Source: Leucoraja erinacea
Lineage: Eukaryota
NCBI RefSeq assembly: GCF_028641065.1
Contig: NC_073413.1
Span: forward strand, 7,750,001 to 7,814,000
Length of the DNA stretch: 64,000 nt
Reading direction: 5' to 3'
Part shown: positions 49,202-63,624 of the stretch, in pieces
Numbering within the stretch: position 1 is the stretch's first letter
Layout: the number at the start of each line of letters is the position of its first letter
Position numbers and translations under genes: made by a program
The notes under the pieces: model-generated
Seen by the model: only the letters and a program-made list of their open reading frames with translations
What the model was told of the DNA's origin: nothing
The model's database searches: none

Positions 49202-52200
49202 CTGTAAAATACAAATTACAGTGGATCAATTTGCAAATCTGATTATATATTTAAAATATTTCTCAACCTAAATTTAGCTCTCTCGGTGTTATTGTAGCTT
49301 TGCTGGTTACTGATTTATAGGCTGAACACAACAGCACATCATTTGTCCCATTAACAGTAATTAAACTATGAAACATTTTATTAGTTTGAGGGAAACAATA
49401 AGGCCTTGCAGCTTTGGATGCGATGTTGAAGCTCATCACATATATGTTGTTTGTGGACAATGACTTCTGACATTTGAAAAGCGTAGCCAGACTCAAAGCA
49501 CGTAATTGGACAAAATATGAAAGTTTTAACAATTAATTCTGTGTTTTGGCAAAGTCACTGCATTATGGAACAACCAAATAACTGGAAAAAAAGACCAACG
49601 CAAAATTATGTTATTGAAAATAATTTCTGAACAGTCACAAAATATGTCACATGTAAGAAATTACTTGAAAGATGCACAGTTGTCTTTACATGTATTACTA
49701 CAACTGGAATTACATGACAGTTACACCTGAGAAACAAGTCATTCAGCCCAACTGGAATAAAGGTTTTATGCTCCACATAAGCTTCCTCCAACCCTATCTC
49801 TTCATGCCGTAGCAGAAACCTGACGTCCTACACCACCAAAAACGACTATTGTTCCCACAACTAACAGGTTCTCGACCAACCTGCACAACTCTTATCTTAC
49901 CTCGATAACTGAAGATGACGGTTCACCTCTTGCACTTGTGTTTTCTTCTAATTGTGTTTCCAATTCATGTCTTTTTGTTTTTGCAGTCTTTTAGCCATTT
50001 TATGTGTAATTTAAGTAGAATTTATTTTTGTATGTTTGAGTCCATGGTGCTAATGCACCCAAGATTTTCATTGTACCTGTGCCTTACTGTACGTGTGTAT
50101 ATAACAATAAACTCGCTTTGACTTGGCTTTTCTTTTCTCCATAGCAGAAACATATAAAACTAGAGGGCAAAAGTAAAGGGTGAGAGGTTTACCTAGAATT
50201 TGAGGAAGATTTTTTTTCCTCTGCATTAGGTACTTGGCATGTGAGTGGCAGTCTAAGGGAGAGTGGTAGAGGCAGAGACTCACAACATTTAATAAGGATC
50301 TGTATGAGCACTTAAATATTTATGGCATAAAAAGACGACGAGCAGAATAGGATTAGTATAGACCCGTACCCGATGATCGGCATGGACAAGGTAGAATGAA
50401 GTGCTTGTTTCTTTACTATATGACTCAAGAAATCTATAACTTCCACTGAGATCCATTCATCCTTCAACGCTGTGCTGATAATTGGTTCCAGTTTTTGAAA
50501 ATTCTGAACCTTATTTTGAAATCCATTTGTGACTTTGCTTCTTTATCAATTTTGTCCACCCACACAGAATTGTGGGATTATTAGAACTTCTCCAATTCTG
50601 GTCTCTTGAACATCTTCACTTTTCATTTCCAACATCTTTATGATGCTCCTCAACAACTTGGTTATAAGCTATCTGTTTCCAGATTTCTAATATCTGTTTT
50701 AACCAACAAAACAATTCAAACTTGAAGTGCTGGAGCAAGTGACTACAAATATCCAGAGGGGAAATAATAGAAGAAAAGCAATTAGAAAATAATGAACAAT
50801 GGAAAAACAGACAATTATTACTGTACTTACATCGTCATCCTCATCTTTAAATGGATTTTTATAGTCAGGAGATTTTTCATTGATCCCAAGCTCCTGTGCC
50901 ATCTGTTGATCAGGGAAACAAATAAAAAGCATGTTGTAAATGCTGTCTTTTCTATCCTGCATCTCAAACTATTGCCATGATAACCAACAGATTACATGGA
51001 TTTAAATGATCTGTGGGAAATTAGAAATAAATATTACTGAAAAGAATTTGGTGTCAAAGTAAATATTTCTAAGATCTTTCATTAGAAATTAAAATCACAG
51101 AATTCCATCACATGGATATATTTGATTGCCAACCCACGTTATATTTTACCGGCATTAGTGCCCCAATTGATCACTATCAATCGCCCATTTAATCTAATCT
51201 CAATTACCCTACTTTTTAGTCTCCCCAACGTGCCATCAACTCCTTACGGATACTACCATTCACCTACAGATCAGAGGCAATTTACAAAGGCCAATTAACC
51301 TACCAAACCATATCTACAGGGTAGGGGGGATACCTAGAAACCCACATGCACAGAGAAAAATTGCAAACTCCACACACACACACACAGCACCCAGCCAGGA
51401 CTGAACCCGGTCTTTGGTGTTGTGAGGCAGAAGCCCTACCTGCAGCGCAGATGTATACAATAATAGTTAGATAAAGAAAGGTGCATGGAGGTTTGTGTAG
51501 AGCATACATTTTTTAATAGGCCAGTTGACCGTTTGGGGCAGTTGACTGAATGTATAAACATCAACACAAGTTATGTAAATAAATTGTTTTTCGAAAAAGT
51601 GTGCTGCTGGCAAAGCTGCTGCCTCACAGCCCCAGAGACCCAGGTTAGATCTTAATCTCTGGTGCTCTAGTGTGGAATTTGCACATTCTCCCTGTGGGAT
51701 CACTCCGGGTGCTCCGATTTCCTCCCACATCTCAAAGACCTATGGGTTTGTGGGTTAATTGGACTCTGTTAATTGCCCCAAGTTTGTAGGGGGTGGGTGA
51801 GAAAGTGGAATAATATAGAACTAGAGTAGGCGGGTGATTGATGGTTGACAGGTGGGTTCTAAGGCCTGTATCACTAAAAACTAACTGTTATTTGGCAGAT
51901 GGCAGTTCTACAATTTTCCACTAGGTGGTGCCAGTTAGCTTTTCTTCAGATTTTGATGGTTGACTTTCCTTTTACACTGAGTATAATTCCTCCAGAATTT
52001 GTATCTAAACACAACACAATAGTGTTATCTATGCAAATGGTTCCATTAAAAACAAACCCTTTAAACACATATTTTTGCTCACCAGATTCAGAAGGTGAGT
52101 GTGAGGACCTTCATCAAAAACTCCTGTTTGGTTACAGAAACTGATTCCCCATCGGATTAGGTTGTTCCAGTTAGAGTTTCGGTCATAGTAATAGTGGACA

Positions 52201-55200
52201 ATCTTAGGGAAACGCAGTGCGACATCCCCAAAGAAGGCCGTGTTTTCAACAATGTGTGAATAAGCTGAAAAGCAAATCAGGATTGGCTGTTAGAAAGATT
52301 TATTTGTATCAGTTTGGAAATAATATATTGGATAATATAATAATACATTGGATAATACATCAGATAATAAAATATTCAAATTTGCAAATATAATTATAAA
52401 TTCCATATATTGAACTCCACATGTGAGCTTTACTAAAGCTCCTGAAAGTGCTGGCATCCTGAAGACAATATGTAGATAGCATTCCCCTAATAATGAAGAG
52501 AGATGCAATGGAAACACGTCCTTTTTCTGTTAGAAGTACAGTTGATTGTTTTACATGTCCATCTATCATATCTGCTATAGTTGATCGTTTTATCAACTGT
52601 AGCAGATATGATAGCTGAACATGTATAGGAAGGAACTGCAGATGCTGGTTTAAACCAAAGATAGACACAAAATGCTGGAGTAACTCAGTGGGACAGGCAG
52701 CATCTCTGAGGAGAAGGAATGGGTGACATTTCAGGTCGAGATCCTTATTCAGCTGAACATAATCAGCCAATATCTACATCCAGTAATTTTAACTCATTCT
52801 TAACTTGTGGTTGTTGCTGGTAAGTTTAGGAGTTATTCTCCATCTCTAATTTGTTCTGGAAAACACACTGACCATTGTTAAACTGCTGGAGTTCGTTGGA
52901 TGAAATTGCAACACTGTTAGTAAGTAGACTCCCAGTAGATGCAGTGCGAATAATGATCAGACATGGAGATTGTAACTTGTTTTCCCTTCCATTGCTTTGG
53001 ACACTTAGACTAATCTAGAATCCAATGAATATAGAAATGGGCCCATTGAAACTACTTGCTTAGCTGGGAAAAGAGAAGTTTGGAGGATGACACAGAAAGC
53101 GTTGGAGTGTTGTAACCAACTGGTCAGCTCCTTCACTATCTTTCTCTTCCCACTTTCTGGTCCTTTGAAATCAATTAATCATCATCACCAGCCTACCAAG
53201 CAGTTTTACCCTTTTCACTGAATAATTAAAAAATTCTCAAACAATCCTTTTCTGGTCAATTAAAATAGTCCCCAGCCGCTCAAGCCTGAAAGCATAGTTT
53301 AGTGTATTGACACATGTACCAAGGTACAGTGAAAAGCTTTTGTTGCATGCTAACCAGTCAGTGGAAAGACTATACATGATTACAATCGAGCCACCTCAGG
53401 GAATGCTGCTATTCACTGCGAGTGTATCAGCTTGGAACAGATGCTGAAATTTAGTGAGACGTGAACCACAACGTTCTGACTAAGGGTCAAGCGGCACCAC
53501 TGACCCATGACTACTCTCACAAGCAAAGGGCAAATGAAATGTTGTAAATGATTTTGTTTCATACAGAGCATAACATAAGGAAAAGTTTATTCGAACTATA
53601 CCTACCATCTTTGAGTTTCTCATCATGAGGTAGTGGTCCATCAGCTTGTACATCAGCACCAATCAGAGTCGACTTGGAGTCTTCTAGTACCTGGAATGAG
53701 CAAAAATCAAAATGTGTTTCAACTGATTTTTCCCCAACTTATTTTTAAACCAGTTATGAAGAAATGAGTTTAGTGACAGCATCCTTTCACGGTGTCCCAT
53801 TTTTATTAAGATTTCTTTCTTTTAGACTCTGATTGTTGCTAACATGAGCTTGGTTTAAAAAAGGGAAAACAAAGGTAGTTGTGGGGGATAAAGTGGAGGG
53901 AAACGGGGGTGGGGGTGGTTGAAAGAGGTTATCTAAAATTGGAGAGTTCGATATTCTTATGTTGTGGGTGTAAATGGCCCAAGTGGAATATGAGGTTTTG
54001 CCTCACTCTGGCAAAAGTGACATTTAGACTATAGATTGGGTCAGGATCTTCAGACTAATAGAGGAAGGGGAGAAAGCTGGAAAAGGGAGGTGGGGATGGA
54101 GTCCAGCCTGGCAAATGATAGCAGGTAGTACATACAGGTGAGGGGGGAGGTGATTGGAGTAAACAAAGGCTTGATGTGAAAAGGAAACAAAAACGTGTCA
54201 GATATAGAACAAATGAATGAAAGATATGCAAAAAAGTAACGATGATAAAGGAAACAGGCCATCGTTAGCTGTTTGCTGGGTGAGAACGAGTACAATGAGA
54301 CTCAACGATGTGCCGTTTAGAGATTGCATTAATATTCCCTGTTTAATATATAAAGTGGGACATCTGTAGCATTTCCAAACAATACTTAAAAAATTCCACA
54401 ACATAAGGAGATAGCAGAGCAACAATGTAGAGGAACATCTTAAACAAGAGGAAATAATAAACTTGGGAGTAAATTAGCAAACATGTTTCAGAGCTCAGTC
54501 ACCAGCCTTTGGAAGAATAGCTAGCAGTGATGGAGAGTTTCAATAAAAATGGAGAAACATAAGAGGCCAGAAGCAGAGAAAGGAGAATCCCAGAAAGATG
54601 TAGGGCTGAGAGATAGACATGAAGGGATTTTTTTTTAAAGAAGAACATTTTACAATTGACTCTTAGCTTGACCAAGAGCTATAAGCAACTAACCAAAGGT
54701 GATGACGAACAGACGATGGAAATTAGGATAGGCAACAGAATTTTAAAATAACTCAAAATCTACGGAGGATGCAAATAGGAAAGCCCATTAGAATCTTAGT
54801 ACAGACCAGATGTAACGAAACCACGGTGTCAGGAGTATCCGAGCTCAGGGAAAGGTGGTGTCATGGAGGTGGAAGTAGGTGGTTTAGATGATGGGACATG
54901 TATGGTCGGATATGGCAAATGTATGCAAACTGTCTTGGTTGGCCTCGGAGTGGCCAGGGGGAATCTTGGTTTGGTTACATAGTTTGTGCAGGCACCATAA
55001 TAACGTTTGTGGAATTTATCCAAGCTACTTCTCTTTGCTCACCTTGAATAATCCTTTCAACATGATGTCAATAATCTTGTATTGTTGATTTATATCATTT
55101 AATTCAATCATGTTCTTCAATGCATGCATCTGGTCTTTGCGTTTAGTTTCAAACAACTTCCTATCTAAAGACCAGTGTCGTTCAGGAAAATATTCAGAAA

Positions 55201-56494
55201 CACAGTTTAGAAATTGTTCTTTATTTATTCGTTCACAGAATATGAACATCGCTGAATATATGTCAGTGTTTATCATCTATTCCCAATTGCCCCTGAAGTG
55301 AGAAGGCAGATAAGAGTCAACCTCTTGCCACAATAGATAAGGACAGTGGATTTTCTTCCCTAAAGCACATTGGTGAAGCAGGTGGGTTTTTCTGACAATC
55401 CAAACATTTTATGATTAATGTTACTGAAACTAGCTTTTGTTTTAGATTTTCAAAATTTCCTTATTTAATTAAACTTATATTCCCCAGTTGCCAATTTGCG
55501 ATTTAAACTCGTGCCTGTCATCAAGGCTCAGCACTCTGTCTAGCTCAGCAACTTAACCCCAATGTTGCAATTCTCTCTTCACCCAATAACTACATCTGCT
55601 TGCATGAAATACAGAAAAGATATTACAGGGTGCTTTATCACACAAAATAAATCAGAACATAAACAAAGAGGGGGCAAAGAGATAAGTTTTAAAGGAATAT
55701 AGAGGGGCGTCAAGGCAAGGCATGGACTTTCAGAGTTTAATGCCCTGGCAGGTGAAGGCACATTAACCAACAACAGACCAAGTAATATGGGGAAATTCAC
55801 TGCAAGTTACAAAGAGTTAGAGGATAGCAAGGCCATGGGAGGATTTGAGAACAAAGACGAGAATTTTAAAACCGAGACGTTGCTTAACTGTTGATCAGTG
55901 TGCATGAAAGTAATAGGATTGGGGCTCGGTGTGAGTTAGGAATATTTAGCAGATTTGAGTGGCTTCCACGTTGAAAAGGATTAAATGCCAAAGGCCAGTT
56001 GGAATTGCAATGGAATAGACGAGTCTTGATATAACCTCGGATGCAGCTGGGTCTGGAAGCAAAAACAGTCATTCTTAGTTATGGAACACAATTGAAGTCT
56101 GAAACTGAATTTGGGGCAAACATTTAACCTTAGTGTGTATCAGATTTGGTTTACAATGCTAGGAATTGATATCGAGCAAATAGGGAATGATGGTGCTAGC
56201 TTTTAAACGACATTTAGACATCTTGTACAAATTGAGTTCTAGTTGCAAGCATGGGCTGGAGCTGTGCTTGAAATGGTCACTGCACACTAATCCACTGCAC
56301 CCTTGCTGTTTCAGACATGTTTGTCTTGACTTTCCAGTAAGTTTGAGAAGATTATCGAACGAACAAAGCCCATCATTGCCACAAAGGATACAGATTTCTA
56401 GACTTGAATCCAAGTTTTGCTTTTGACCAATGGAAGGTCTGAATGCAGTGAAACACATGCTGATCACAATCACACAGATCTGCAGAACATCCAT
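49076..56494 (-). CDS. CCDC134: Coiled-coil domain-containing protein 134, 229 aa; exons 56494-56392, 55164-55043, 53690-53606, 52264-52083, 50902-50831, 49201-49076
   Basis: Signal-peptide-like N-terminus; [20 protein letters not shown]; [15 protein letters not shown]; C-terminal [12 protein letters not shown]; exons sum to 690 nt in frame. Confidence 0.95.
50831..50902 (-). CDS. CCDC134: CCDC134 coding exon 5
   Basis: [24 protein letters not shown]. Confidence 0.92.
51610..51870 (+). mobile_element. V-SINE/HE1-like SINE (opposite-strand copy at about 51290-51450)
   Basis: V-SINE core ctccgggtgctccgatttcctcccacat...ggttaattgg. Confidence 0.7.
52083..52264 (-). CDS. CCDC134: CCDC134 coding exon 4
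   Basis: [49 protein letters not shown]. Confidence 0.94.
53606..53690 (-). CDS. CCDC134: CCDC134 coding exon 3
   Basis: [28 protein letters not shown]. Confidence 0.92.
55043..55164 (-). CDS. CCDC134: CCDC134 coding exon 2
   Basis: [40 protein letters not shown]. Confidence 0.93.
56392..56494 (-). CDS. CCDC134: CCDC134 coding exon 1
   Basis: [34 protein letters not shown]; acceptor 3 nt upstream of ATG implies a non-coding first exon. Confidence 0.9.
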
Positions 56495-59400
56495 GATCTA
56501 AGAGACTACTTTAAAAGATAGACATTTGTTAAATATCAAAAGAAACAGATTTCCAAGACGAACAGTTTAAGGGGATTTTAGATCCATTCTATTTCTCACT
56601 GACATCTTTAACACACAGAAAGATTCTGGATGAAGTTTTTTGCACAGTGGAAAAATAATGAAAGCTGAATTGTACACACTTTATGCAAAATGCAAAAATT
56701 TTAATGTTACATTGAAAACTGAACTACATCTTACCCATTGCGCAGAATTCTCAAACTGGTCAACTGTTTCTAGTGGCAGCTACACCACATGTATTTCTGT
56801 TCAGTAAATGATAGCCCTCCCACACTCACATGCAGGCTAGCTTTACATTGTTCACTGTTCAGGCAAGGATTCCACATGTACCACATCTTAGAGCAGGTTC
56901 TGGATCTCTGTCCAGCAGTTCCAAGTAGTGTTGACTTCAGAGTATTTGCTGTCGGTGTCAACTTGTACAATGGGATTCACTAGCACTGATTAAAAAATAC
57001 ATCACTAACTGAAACATTAACTTTGTTTCTCACTCCATAGATGTTGCATGACCTGGTATTTTCCGTTTTACCTACATGAATGTCCCTATTTCCCTGATGT
57101 TGATGGATGGGTCTCATCCTGTTGGATAGGGTCATTCAGATCTGCGTCTGTTTTCTTGTTGTGCTCTGGAATAGATGTTCCAATTTGCCAGACTACTCAG
57201 AACATAGAAAAATACAACACAGGAACAGGTCCTTTGGCTCACAATGTCTGTGCTAAATATGATACCAAGATAAACTAATGTCATCTGTCTGCACATGATA
57301 GAGACAGCTCCCATCTCACTGCGTCCCATATTGCTGAAGTCAAATGACTAAACCTGCATCACTCCCCATTTCGGCAGAATAGCAGTGATAAAGTTGTAAA
57401 TCATACAACCATCACAACACAAAATTACAATTCTATTTATCTTGGAAATTTGAAATAAAAATAAGTTTCTGGAAGTGCTCAGTAGATTCTGCAACATTTG
57501 TCAGAAAATTGAGTTAATGTTTCATTCAGTGACCAATCAGTCAAAACACTCACTTTCTGCTTTTTTCCTATAGGGCAAAAAGGGTAAAATGTACATACAA
57601 ATACCCATGCATACAAGTATTATGTTTACATGCCCATCTGTAGTGACTGGGCCCTCCTGCTTACTATTTAAAAATCCAATTATCCACATTATAATACCCA
57701 TTTACTTCCCGTGATTATACGGTTAAGTATTATAGGTTAGAAATGTTAATTTAACATGCAACAAATCCTTTTGAGTGTTGGCTAAGTGTTCTCAATCAGT
57801 GTGGAATTACAGCTGCTGCTGTCTGGTGGAACTCTCCTTGAATCTAAGGTAAAATACCAGGATTGAGGAAACAGTCCAGTAGCAAAAGGAAGATTGAACT
57901 TTAGTAATGCTTCCGTGTTAATGACTTGAGACAAAAGGGCTTGAGAGGGAAGGAACTATTGTTTCATCTATCTGGTTAGAAACTGAGGCCCAAAGTTTAT
58001 TGTGATAGTTTAAATTTTCTGTCCCCTGTTATTCTCTTACTCGTGCCTATTACTTCATAAAACCACAGTCTGTGGTCAGGTAAATTATTGCTGTGAAAGA
58101 GTATTTATGGATCATATACTTTTCATACCAACACAGCAGAGATCAGCAGCTTATTTTAAAAACGCAACCAATATGGCACAATTCTTGCATTATTTTTGTT
58201 AGAAGCAACTATTTATATTCTTGAAAAACAGTTTAGTATTTCTAGTCATCTATCCAAGGCCTACAGCTGATAATTGAGGCTGGAAACAGAGTGTGTTTTA
58301 CACAATATGGTGTATCTGACAATATTGGTGGGAACCAACCTGTGCTGAAGAGAAATCCACCCATTCTCATCAACCTGGTAGGGGTGCAATATAACAATCA
58401 GGGGTGTAAGTACCAACTGATTTCCCTCCCTTCCTCGCCTCAGTCACCCAGAGATACGGTAGTCAATAAGTGTGACCATTGCTGAAGTTACCTAACACAA
58501 GACCAGAATTCAACCTGGGGTCTTCCACCCCATGCAGAACAGTTGAAGATTGACATTAGTGTCAGTGAGAAAAACACAAGCAGGCACTTTAGCCCATGAT
58601 CCAATGCTGATCATCAACCACCCATTTACACTAATCATGAGTACATGTTTTAATTCTCAGCACATTCTCATCAACTTCACCTACGTCCTACCACTCACCT
58701 AGGGAAGCAGGTACATGCTCTCCCTTCAAAGTGGCAACACAGGTAGACAGGGTGGTGAAGAAGACGTTTGGCACCCTTGCCATCATTGGTCAGGTTATTA
58801 AGTAAGGAGCTGGGATGTCATCCCAACTCCTTACTCTGTGCAAGACATTGGAATAGCCACATTTGGAGTACAGTTCTGGTTGCCCTGAGAAAGGAAGGTT
58901 TTCATTAAACTAGAAAGGGTGCAATAAAGATCTGCATGGTTGTTTAGGAAGGAACTGCAGATGCTGGTTTATACCAAAATGCTGCAGTAATTCAGGTCAG
59001 GCAGTATCTCTAGAGAAAGGGAATGGGTGACGGGAGGGTTTGAGTTATATGGAGAGGCTGGATCTTTTCCCTGGAGCCAAGGAGGCTGAGGGCTAACTTC
59101 TTAGAGGTTTAGGAATCATAAGGGCAATCAATAAGGTGAATAACCACAGTCTTTCCGCCAGAGTGGGAGAGTCTAAAACTCGAGAGCACAGGTTAGAAGT
59201 GACAGGGGACAGATTTAAAAGGAACTTGCTGGGAAAGCTTTGCACACAGAGGGTGGTGTGTACATGGAACAAGCTACAGAGGAAGTGGCAACAACTGCGA
59301 GTACAATTAAAATACATTTGCACAGGTACAAGTGGGGGGATATGGGGCCAAGCGCAGGTCGGCATGGAGGGGTCGGGTAGTACAAGGGCCTCCATCCCTG

Positions 59401-59539
59401 ATAGACACGAAATGCTGGAGTAACTCAGCGGGCCAGGTCGGGTCGAGACCCTGTTCAGACTCAGAGATGCTGAGTTGCTCCAGTATTTTGTGTCCAGTTA
59501 CGGTTTAAAGCGGCATGTGCTGGTCCATCTTCCACCCTC

Positions 59540-59826
59540 CATCCCTGACACCGGCCGACACCGAGTCCCGGGGCCTTCAGGAGCCGCTCACCATTCACCT
59601 GAAACAGCGAGCACTGCGGGGAGGAGCCCGGGGCTACCGGCGGCAGCAGTGGGCCGGCCCTCGGCTACTGCAGCGCAGCGCAGCGCAGCGCACAAGGGAA
59701 CGGTCGGGCCTACCGAGCGGGAGCGGGAATCATTGAGGAACCTCCGCTCACCTCCAATCCCAGCGCACAACTGACTGCGCATGCGCCTCCTGGCGGGCGG
59801 GGCTTTGCGCCACGCGCAGTGACCGC
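59540..59826 (-). promoter_or_regulatory. CCDC134 CpG-island promoter and non-coding exon 1 (donor near 59591); NRF1 site TGCGCATGCGC 59776-59786, GC box 59795-59803
   Basis: GC/CpG-rich; motifs and GTGAGC donor read directly. Confidence 0.7.
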
Positions 59827-59956
59827 GCTGCCAACGGGGCTGTCACTCAAACCCCAGGCTGCCAACGGAGCTGTCACTCAAACCCCAGGCTGCCAACGGA
59901 GCTGTCACTCAAACCCCAGGCTGCCAACGGAGCTGTCACTCAAACCCCAGGCTGCC
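59827..59956. repeat. 31-bp minisatellite, 4 copies plus a partial
   Basis: Unit GCTGCCAACGGAGCTGTCACTCAAACCCCAG. Confidence 0.95.
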
Positions 59957-61339
59957 GGAGTGCACAGGAGTCGCTGCAGCAAAGCCGCCGCCACATGCAC
60001 ATGCACAATACAGCTGTTTCAATACAATACAATTTATTTGTTGTCATTTGAACCCAGAGGTTCAAACGAAATTTGGTTTCTGCAGTCATACAAACAAGAA
60101 GAAGAACCAAGACACAACACAATTTACACGAACATCCATCACAGTTTGCGGGGTTCGGTGAGCCGCGGGACTGTTTGTGCCATCGCCCAGTGGGGAATCG
60201 CCTCAGCGCAGGGGGAGAAGAGGAGGGAAGAGACTGCAGCCCTAAGATTTTTGCCTCCACCACAGTGCTTGGAGGATGCACTGTGGTGGATGTTAATTTG
60301 TGTTTATTGTTGTTTATTATTGTATGATTGTATGTATGACTGCAGGCACGAAATTTCGTTCAGACCGTAAGGTCTGAATGACAATAAAGGTATTCTATTC
60401 TATCTATCTCCTCCTCACTGTGATGGAAGGCAAAGTCTCATCTCTCGCCTGCACTCCTCGTTCACCTCCCAATGTCAGAGTCAAAGCCCCCGGCGGGCGA
60501 TGGTAAATAAACACATACGACCTTAACAGTCTGCGCAGATTTTTGACCGACTTGCATTCTTTCTGAATCCAGGTTATTACCGTGGATTAAGAGTCCGGCA
60601 TTAATGGATGACATTAATTGTCCAAGGCCAACAGCATTATAAATGACCCCACACATCTCCATCATGGACTCTTCACTCTGCTGACCAAAGATACTAGTAT
60701 CTTTGCTGCTGACCTGGGCAAAAGGTATCGCAGTATTAAGCAGAACGGCCAGGTTCTGCAACAGCTTCTTCCCCCGAGCCATCAGACTCTTGAATTCCAT
60801 ATAATGTGCCGCCACTATTATCTATTTTATCCTTTTGTTATTTTATGTTGCGCGGTGAGCCAGATGCAACAAAATTACATTCAAACTTGCATTTGTTGGT
60901 ATATTTTTGAATGACAATAAAGTCTGAGTGATTGATTGACATTCAGTGCATTACTGCTGTCTCATAACAGCTGCTTTGAACAATTTCTAACTTTCATCCA
61001 GACAATCGTGTGTCACCAGCTTTTAAAGGGGGTTCCTGGTAGATTAGAATCATATGGCTCGGTATAAAAGCGGGGAATCTAGGACAGATACCACCCCTTC
61101 CCTCCAGCATTTTCCTTTTCCTGTTTTCATTCCCTTTTAAGAAGCTAATACTGCAGATTTAACTGCCAGTGTGCAGGACTGTCAAGCTTCCTGGTGCATC
61201 TCCTAATTTCATCTTTGTGAGAACGAATGACTTCAACTCTTTCTGCTAGTTTCTTACCTCTGTATCCGGTCATTGCAATATACATTTACAAAGTTAAAGC
61301 TTCCAGATACTAGCTATTCTGCATTAGAAATAATTCAAA

Positions 61340-61760
61340 CACCACGCCTGTCTTCATCAATGGGTCGGTGGTGGAGTTAACAACTTCAAGTTCCTGGGCC
61401 TTCATATCTCTGAGGATCTGTCCTGGACCCAGCACATTGATGCAATCTTAAAGGAAGCCCATTAATGCCTCTACTTCCTTAGAAGATTGAGGAGATTCAG
61501 CATGCCAACAAATACTCTATTGAACCTCATCAGGCGTGTGGTAGAGAGCATATTGACTGGTTGCATCATGCCTGGTTCGGCAACTCGAACGCCCAGGCAC
61601 GAAGGAAATTTTAAAACGTGGTGAACACTGCCCGGTCCATCACACAAACCGATCTCCCCACTTTTGAAAACAGTAATGTCCAGGTTCAGGAACAGCTTCT
61701 TGCCAACAACCATCAGGCTATTGAACACTACAAACTCCAACGAAACTCTGAACTACTAGA
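61340..61760 (+). mobile_element. Rex1/Babar-type LINE RT C-terminal fragment
   Basis: FKFLGLHISEDLSWTQHIDAI...LYFLRRLRRF. Confidence 0.75.
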
Positions 61761-62209
61761 TGCCCAGCATGCACTAAGAAATTTGGGCTTCGTTTTCTTT
61801 GTACTAAATTGTTTTTAAATTTATTGAACATTTGTTTGTTCATTCTATTTTCTATTAAGTACTGTATTTACAAACCTGTTGTGCTACATCTGCAAGTAAG
61901 AATTTCATTCATAGAAAGAACTGTCTCCATGTTGCAATACTCTTGTGAAATTGAGCGAGGTGAGGCAGAGGTAGGCTAGCCTGGATCTAACTGAATTGCT
62001 GGATTTTGAGGGAACTGCAGACCCCACCACACCACATTCAGAGATCCCCCACCTGAAACAGGATATGGAATTTCTTGTAACAATCTACCCCCCCTCCCCC
62101 CCCCCCCTTGTGCCTCACTACTAGTACTTGTCCTCTAGTCCTCCCTTTTGTTCCTCTCTTCATGTGGAGTCTGACTTATTTCCAAGCTTTATCCTTCACA
62201 TTTACACGT

Positions 62210-62424
62210 CGCTGGAATCCAGCAGAGGGTGGTTGAGGCCAGTTCATTGGCTATATTTAAGAGGGAGTTAGATGTGGCCCTTGTGGCTAAAGGGATCATG
62301 GGGTATGGAGAGAAGGCAGGTACAGGATACTGAGTTGGATGATCAGCCATGATCATATTGAATGGCGGTGCAGGCTCGAAGGGCCGAATGGCCTACTCCT
62401 GCACCTATTTTCTATGTTTCTATG
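62210..62424 (+). mobile_element. CR1 LINE 3' end
   Basis: Same 3' UTR and tail as other CR1 copies. Confidence 0.85.
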
Positions 62425-63449
62425 CCATGAAGATGCATTCATTAAGTTGGCCCAGCCAAAGGGTATCGCAAGTACAAATTCTGTTGGAAGTTCCAGCAAA
62501 AATAAATTGATTTTTTTGCTTGAAGTCTAACATTAACTCCTCATAACCAAGTTGTTTCATAAAGGAAGGCAGGGAATATGCACTAACCACTACCTCCTAG
62601 CTTTTTGACAAAGATTCATTGGACCAGATGTGCAGGAAGGAACTGGTTTAAGACTGAGGAAGGGTCTCCACCCAAAACGTCACCTATTCATTTTCTGCTG
62701 AGATGCTGTTTGATGCATTCAATTAGATCCAGGCTGGTTACTCCAGCTTTTTGTGTCTATAATTGGGCCAGAACCTGCTGTGCAGGATTCCTTTGCGATA
62801 TTTTCAACCAACAAAGGCATATTTGAAAGCAAACACACTTGTTGTGAAATAAAACAACAGAATGGGTCTAAATGTAGTAAGAAAAAACTGCAGATGCTGG
62901 TTAAATCAATATATTAGCACAGTGGAGCAGAAGTGACTAATACAGATTATAAATGAAATAGATGATTCATGCACAAGAGAGGAGGAAGTGAAATGCCATT
63001 TCATGTAATTTGAGTGTCCAGGAATATGCACGCTCAGGTTTATATTTTGATACCAGCTGAGGGCTGATAAGTTTCAGTAAGAGACACAAAAGTCTAGATA
63101 TTATAGTGTTTCAACATTGAGAGACATATTTATTCTGCATTAAATTATTTTTGTTAATATACATTCTCTCCCCGACCCACCCTCCCACGCTACCACCACC
63201 CAAAAATAATTGGTCAAGTTCATTGAATAATAGTACCATTGTTCCTGGGTTGCCAACCCTGATGTGTTGTGCTCCTGGGAGGATTCATCACAACCTCCCA
63301 GAGTAAACCACCTGACCCCTTGCTCCTTCTGGCACGCTGCCTTCTCAGTCCCGTGTTCCATTTTCTCCAACTAATAAGCATTCAAAGAAAATGATAAAAT
63401 ACAATTGTGCCTTACTACTGCCATGATTTTCTCTTTAATTTCCTTACAG

Positions 63450-63624
63450 TCGTGCCCTGGGGTGAAAGAGAGTGAATTCCAAGCGGCTCCGAGACAACCA
63501 AGGATAGCTGGCAGCCCTTCAGCTTCCAAAAGCTTTCAGAGCTGCACTGATCCATTGATGCAGCCAGTTCCAAAAGCTTTCAGGATGCAGGGGGAGAAGG
63601 AGCATTGGCCGTCCTACTGCATAG
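63450..63624 (+). other. Exon-like segment of unidentified gene or transcript
   Basis: Polypyrimidine acceptor tttccttacag, open frame, donor-like ag/gtaacc; no homolog recognised. Confidence 0.2.
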
